A DNA stretch of 54,925 nt from Octopus bimaculoides (lineage: Eukaryota). Both the position numbers and the translations under genes were made by a program. Below are positions 50,611-54,925 of the stretch, piece by piece. The DNA lies in NCBI RefSeq assembly GCF_001194135.2, contig NC_068984.1, positions 7,095,623 through 7,150,547 on the forward strand, in the 5' to 3' direction. Under the pieces are notes generated by a model. It worked only from the letters and a program-made list of their open reading frames with translations, was not told the DNA's origin and did not search any database. Each line of letters opens with the position of its first letter. Within the stretch, counting starts at the first letter, position 1.

Positions 50611-51030
50611 GGCGGTGAGCTGGCAGAAAAGTTATCAGGCCGGGCGAAATGCTTAGCGGTATTTCGTCTGCTGTTACGTTCTGAGTTCAAATTCCGCCGA
50701 GGTCGACTTTGCTTTTCATCCTTTCGGGATCGATAAATTAAGTATCAGTTACGCACTGGGGTCAATGTAATCGACTTAATCCCTTTGTCCTTTTTTGTCC
50801 CCTCTATGTTTAGCTCCTTGTAGGCAATATAGAAATAAGAAATGTTAGCACGCCGGGCGGAATGCTTAGCGGTATTTCGTCTGCCTTTACATTCTGAGTT
50901 CAAATTCCACCGAGGTCGACTTTGCCTTTCTTCCTTTCGAGGGTCAATAAATTAAGTACCAGTTCCGTACTAGGGTCGATCTAATCGATTGGCCCCTTCC
51001 CGAAAGTTTGGGGCCTTGTGCCTAGAGAAA
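50611..51030 (+). mobile_element. SINE family A dimer (tail A monomer + tail B monomer)
   Basis: Two successive head/body units; the second begins directly after ...GAAATAAGAA. Confidence 0.88.
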
Positions 51031-51224
51031 AAATATATAAATATCTACAAAACATTTACAAGAAAGTATTGTTGAAAAGAAAGTGTTTAAATGATTTCTA
51101 ATTTAGTTACAGGGAATTTAGTTTTGCGATGAAGGAATTAGTCGTTATCATTCTTGAATAATGCTTATTTTATCAACCCTGAAAGGTATTGTTGCAATAG
51201 AATGTGAAGAAGCGGAAGTACACA

Positions 51225-51985
51225 TACGCAATTAGTACTTAATTCATCAAAAGGATGAAAGGCAAAGTCAACCTTGTCGGAATTTGAACTCAGAACATAA
51301 AAAATTCAGACGAAATACCTATTTCTTTACTGCCCACAAAGGGCTACACACAGAGGGGACAAACAAGGACAGACAAACGGATCAAGTCGATTATATCGAC
51401 CCCAGTGCGTAACTGGTACTTAATTTATCGACCCCGAAAGGATGAAAGGCAAAGTCGACCTCGGTGGAATTTGAACTCAGAACGCAGTGGCAGACGAAAT
51501 ACCGCTAAGCGTTTCGCCCGGCGTGCTAACATTTCTGCCAGCACGCCGCCTTTGAATAATAAATATTCTTTTCTACTCTAGGCACAAGGCCCGAAATTTT
51601 TGGGGAAGGGACCAGTCGATTAGATCGACCTCAGTTCCTAACTGACACTTAATTAATCGACCCCAAAAGTCGACCTCGGCGGAATTTGAACTCAGAACGT
51701 TAAGACAGACGAAATACCGCAAAGCATTTCGCACGGCGTGCTAACCTTTCTTATTTCTTTAGTACCCACAAGGGGCTAAGCATAGAGGAGAAAAACAAGG
51801 ACAGACAAAGAGATTATGTCGATTACATCGACCCCAGTGCGTAATTGGAACATAATTTATCGACCCCGAAGGAATGAAAGGCAAAGTCGACCTCGGCGGA
51901 ATTTGAACTCAGAACGTAACGGCAGATGAAACACCGCTAAGCATTTCACCCGGTGTGCTAACGTTTCTGCCAGCTCACCGCCTTA
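51225..51985 (-). mobile_element. Two SINE family A dimers in tandem
   Basis: 51565-51985 is the reverse complement of the 50611-51030 dimer. 51225-51552 is a further dimer with a truncated second unit. Confidence 0.88.
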
Positions 51986-52774
51986 ACTGCCGAAGATATT
52001 GAAGATACTCTTGTGGAGAAAAAGAATAGTGAAGATTGGGTGTACGTGTCTTTGGAAGAAAATAAATATGTTAAGATCTACTAACATCTGTAATTAAGCT
52101 AGAACTGGTGTTTGAGAATTCAGTAGAAACGCGGATGGATGGATGGTGGAGACGGAGAAATAAAGATAGAATTAAAGAGAAAAGAAACAAAGAAGATGTA
52201 TGCGAAATGGAAAGGAAAGAAAGGCGAGGAATTGTATGAGAGAATAGATTTCGGTGAAACATTTATCGCCGCTCATTTCATGAATTATTTCGGGCGTTAA
52301 ACGAAGGAAATGTAAAATAAATTAGGAAATTCTGATATAGTTATAGAGGAGTAAAAAGAGATAAATGTTTTAATTATAAATGTCCTTAGGGGAGATATTA
52401 AAACTACCTTTAATTGGCCAAGATGAGGTAGAAGATCCAGAAGCAAGAATTGATGAAATGAGTTCATTATTGGCTTATTAAACATCGATTTCCTTAGGTT
52501 GTAGTCAGACATTAGCGAGGACTGTATGAAAATATTTCCAATCGATGAGATACAGCGGTTTCAAGCAGCGAATAATATGGATACATAATTACATGCACAC
52601 ATTCATACATATATATATATACAAATATAAAGATGCACATAAATACGTAGAAAAAAATATATATACATATATATACATATACATACATATAGAATATATA
52701 TATAAAAATACATATATATATATGTTCATATATGTATGTATATGCATATGTCTGTATATGTATATATATATATT

Positions 52775-52831
<57 letters not shown>

Positions 52832-52991
52832 ATATATATCTGTTCGTGTGTATGTATGTATACACATGTGTAGAGAGAGATGGAATAATAGAATAATAAT
52901 TGGATAGCTAGATATATAAGATATTTATATATGCGTGTGTATGTGTGAGTAACATAAATATATACATACATACATATACATATATACATGC

Positions 52992-53032
<41 letters not shown>

Positions 53033-53440
53033 TATATATTATATGTTTGTATATTTACAGATGCATGAGAATACAGAATTGCTGACGTAAACATTTACAT
53101 GGATGTATCGTTTGATGGAAGCATAGCCGAGTGTTTAAAAAGTTCCCTCTGCAATAATCTGTTGCCGGTTCGATTCCACTGCGTTTCATGAGGGGCCGAT
53201 GTCTTCTAGCATATTTCTTGGTTGGATTCGTTCGAGCCATTTTCATCTGAAAACGCGTCCCTGAAATTGTGGGACCCTAGTGTACAAAAGATACTTGTAA
53301 TACAAAGCCCTGTCTTGTTATATATTACGTCACACTGATTGAATTTAGATAGAGCACTTATCTGGAACAGCTCCGTATGCACATATATAAATGTATATAT
53401 ATAAATGTATATATATATATTTATTTATATATATATATAC

Positions 53441-53674
53441 TTTATTTAAAAGCCCCGTAGATATAACAAAAGCTGCCACTTAGAGTTTCACGTTCCCTTC
53501 GTCGAACGGTTATTTCTGTTCTATTTTAACAAAACTGTCCGACGAACGGGAATGTGAAACTCTGAGTGGCAGCTTTTGTTATATTTACGCTGCTTTTAAA
53601 TAAAGCACATTACTCTACCTCTGGTATTTGAGTACTCGTTTTTCCACCTTGTTTCGCATTTATGTGCTTACTAC

Positions 53675-53678
<4 letters not shown>
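53441..53678. mobile_element. Asymmetric inverted-repeat element, copy 2 (putative Penelope inverted pseudo-LTR)
   Basis: Arm 53441-53504, inverted arm 53540-53604, then a unique tail (GCACATTACTCTACCTCTGGTATTTGAGTACTCG...CTTACTACGGTA). The tail is the reverse complement of 34219-34292. Confidence 0.75.
53528..53580 (+). ncRNA. Hammerhead motif, degenerate copy (likely inactive)
   Basis: Helix I AACAAAACTGT/GCAG(C)TTTTGTT; core CCGACGA (U4>C); helix II ACG-GGAA-TGT; GAAA; helix III ACTCTGAGT; triplet GTG (H17>G). Confidence 0.55.
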
Positions 53679-53727
<49 letters not shown>

Positions 53728-54842
53728 GCGCGCGCTTACGTATATATGCTTATACATGGAACATCCTTCGATTACTTAATGATAAATGCATGCATTCACA
53801 CGCACACACACACATACACACATACTGGCATGCATTCGTCCATTCGTCTATTCATCCGTGCTAACACCAACCAAGCATACATGCATAATATATGCATACA
53901 CGTGTGCGCAGATACATACGCGTATTCATGCCTACACAGAAACGTACTTAAATACTTTCATACAAAGATACATAGATGCATTCATATACACATACACATC
54001 TACTTACAATATATTTACTTCTTCTAAATAATCGCTTAGAATATATTCGTAAAATGCAATTTTCAATTTCGTTACAATGTTGTTGTACTAATTTCTACAA
54101 GGATGTTACTTAATTATTCCACTGCCAGGAAATACGATATATATACAAAATACAAACAAATACATTTATACATGCATACATACGTAGGTACAAACACACA
54201 TACATACACACACATATATATATATATACACATACATGCATATATACATACATGCATGCATTTATACATACACACACATACATGTATATCTCTCTCTATA
54301 CAGTTATCATATGTATATATGTATATAATTATATATNNNNNNNNNNATATATATATATATATATATGTGTGTGTATCTATGTCTATAGCTGTGTAACTAT
54401 CTACATATCTTTTCTCTCTCCATCTCTCTCCATCTCTCTCTCTCAGTACACACACATATAGAGGCAAAACTCTTCATAGACATCTCTATCAATGCGCATC
54501 ATGAAATACTTAACCGAGAGTTCTACGTCGTAAATAAATATCCAGTTGAAATGATGTGATTACAATAGTTAAAGTGGGTATAAGTTTACTTTAATTAAGA
54601 CCTCGTACAACAAAACATTTTTAATCTTGCTCAAAACATCAACTACTACAATGTCATTTTACACTAACTTAGCACTCAACGCCATAAGATGGAATAATAG
54701 ATTTGATTTATTTTACGCTAACAATGCACACGTTTGCACTTGCATATCGCAAATAATTCCATCAGCAATGGTTTGCAAGCGTGATTATACTGCATTTGCT
54801 GGAAGAATATTCTGTTAAATATACATACATACTTATATGTAT

Positions 54843-54925
<83 letters not shown>

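Noticed and set aside
50611-51985. Regularly recurring GTCGAC-containing repeats as a CRISPR-like array
   Set aside because: The units are ~200-bp SINE monomers in mixed orientation with no unique spacers, no cas genes, and a eukaryotic context.

Overview
Repeat-saturated, AT-rich animal genomic DNA from a gapped short-read scaffold. The SINE families and extreme microsatellite density fit an octopus or other coleoid cephalopod; this is an inference, not a database result. No intact protein-coding gene, RNA gene or CRISPR array can be supported. Nearly all ORFs in the track are artefacts of microsatellites or N gaps. Recognisable content: (1) a decayed Penelope-like element (PLE) with RT and GIY-YIG endonuclease at ~0.8-1.9 kb, and a weaker second PLE at ~6.1-7.3 kb; (2) several RLE-type (R4/Dong-like) non-LTR retrotransposon remnants, the largest at 45.1-46.95 kb, plus a same-strand stack at 27.2-30.1 kb; (3) an RTE-like fragment; (4) three tRNA-derived SINE families in many copies, including dimers and inverted pairs; (5) a hAT-type and a Tigger-type MITE; (6) several long fold-back palindromes. 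The most notable signal is a set of minimal type-I hammerhead ribozyme motifs with self-complementary helix III. One is at 38626-38701. The others lie in a two-copy asymmetric inverted-repeat element (34219-34451 and 53441-53678) that has the architecture of a Penelope inverted pseudo-LTR. A few repeat-free islands hold promoter-like motifs and candidate micro-exons that remain unverified.
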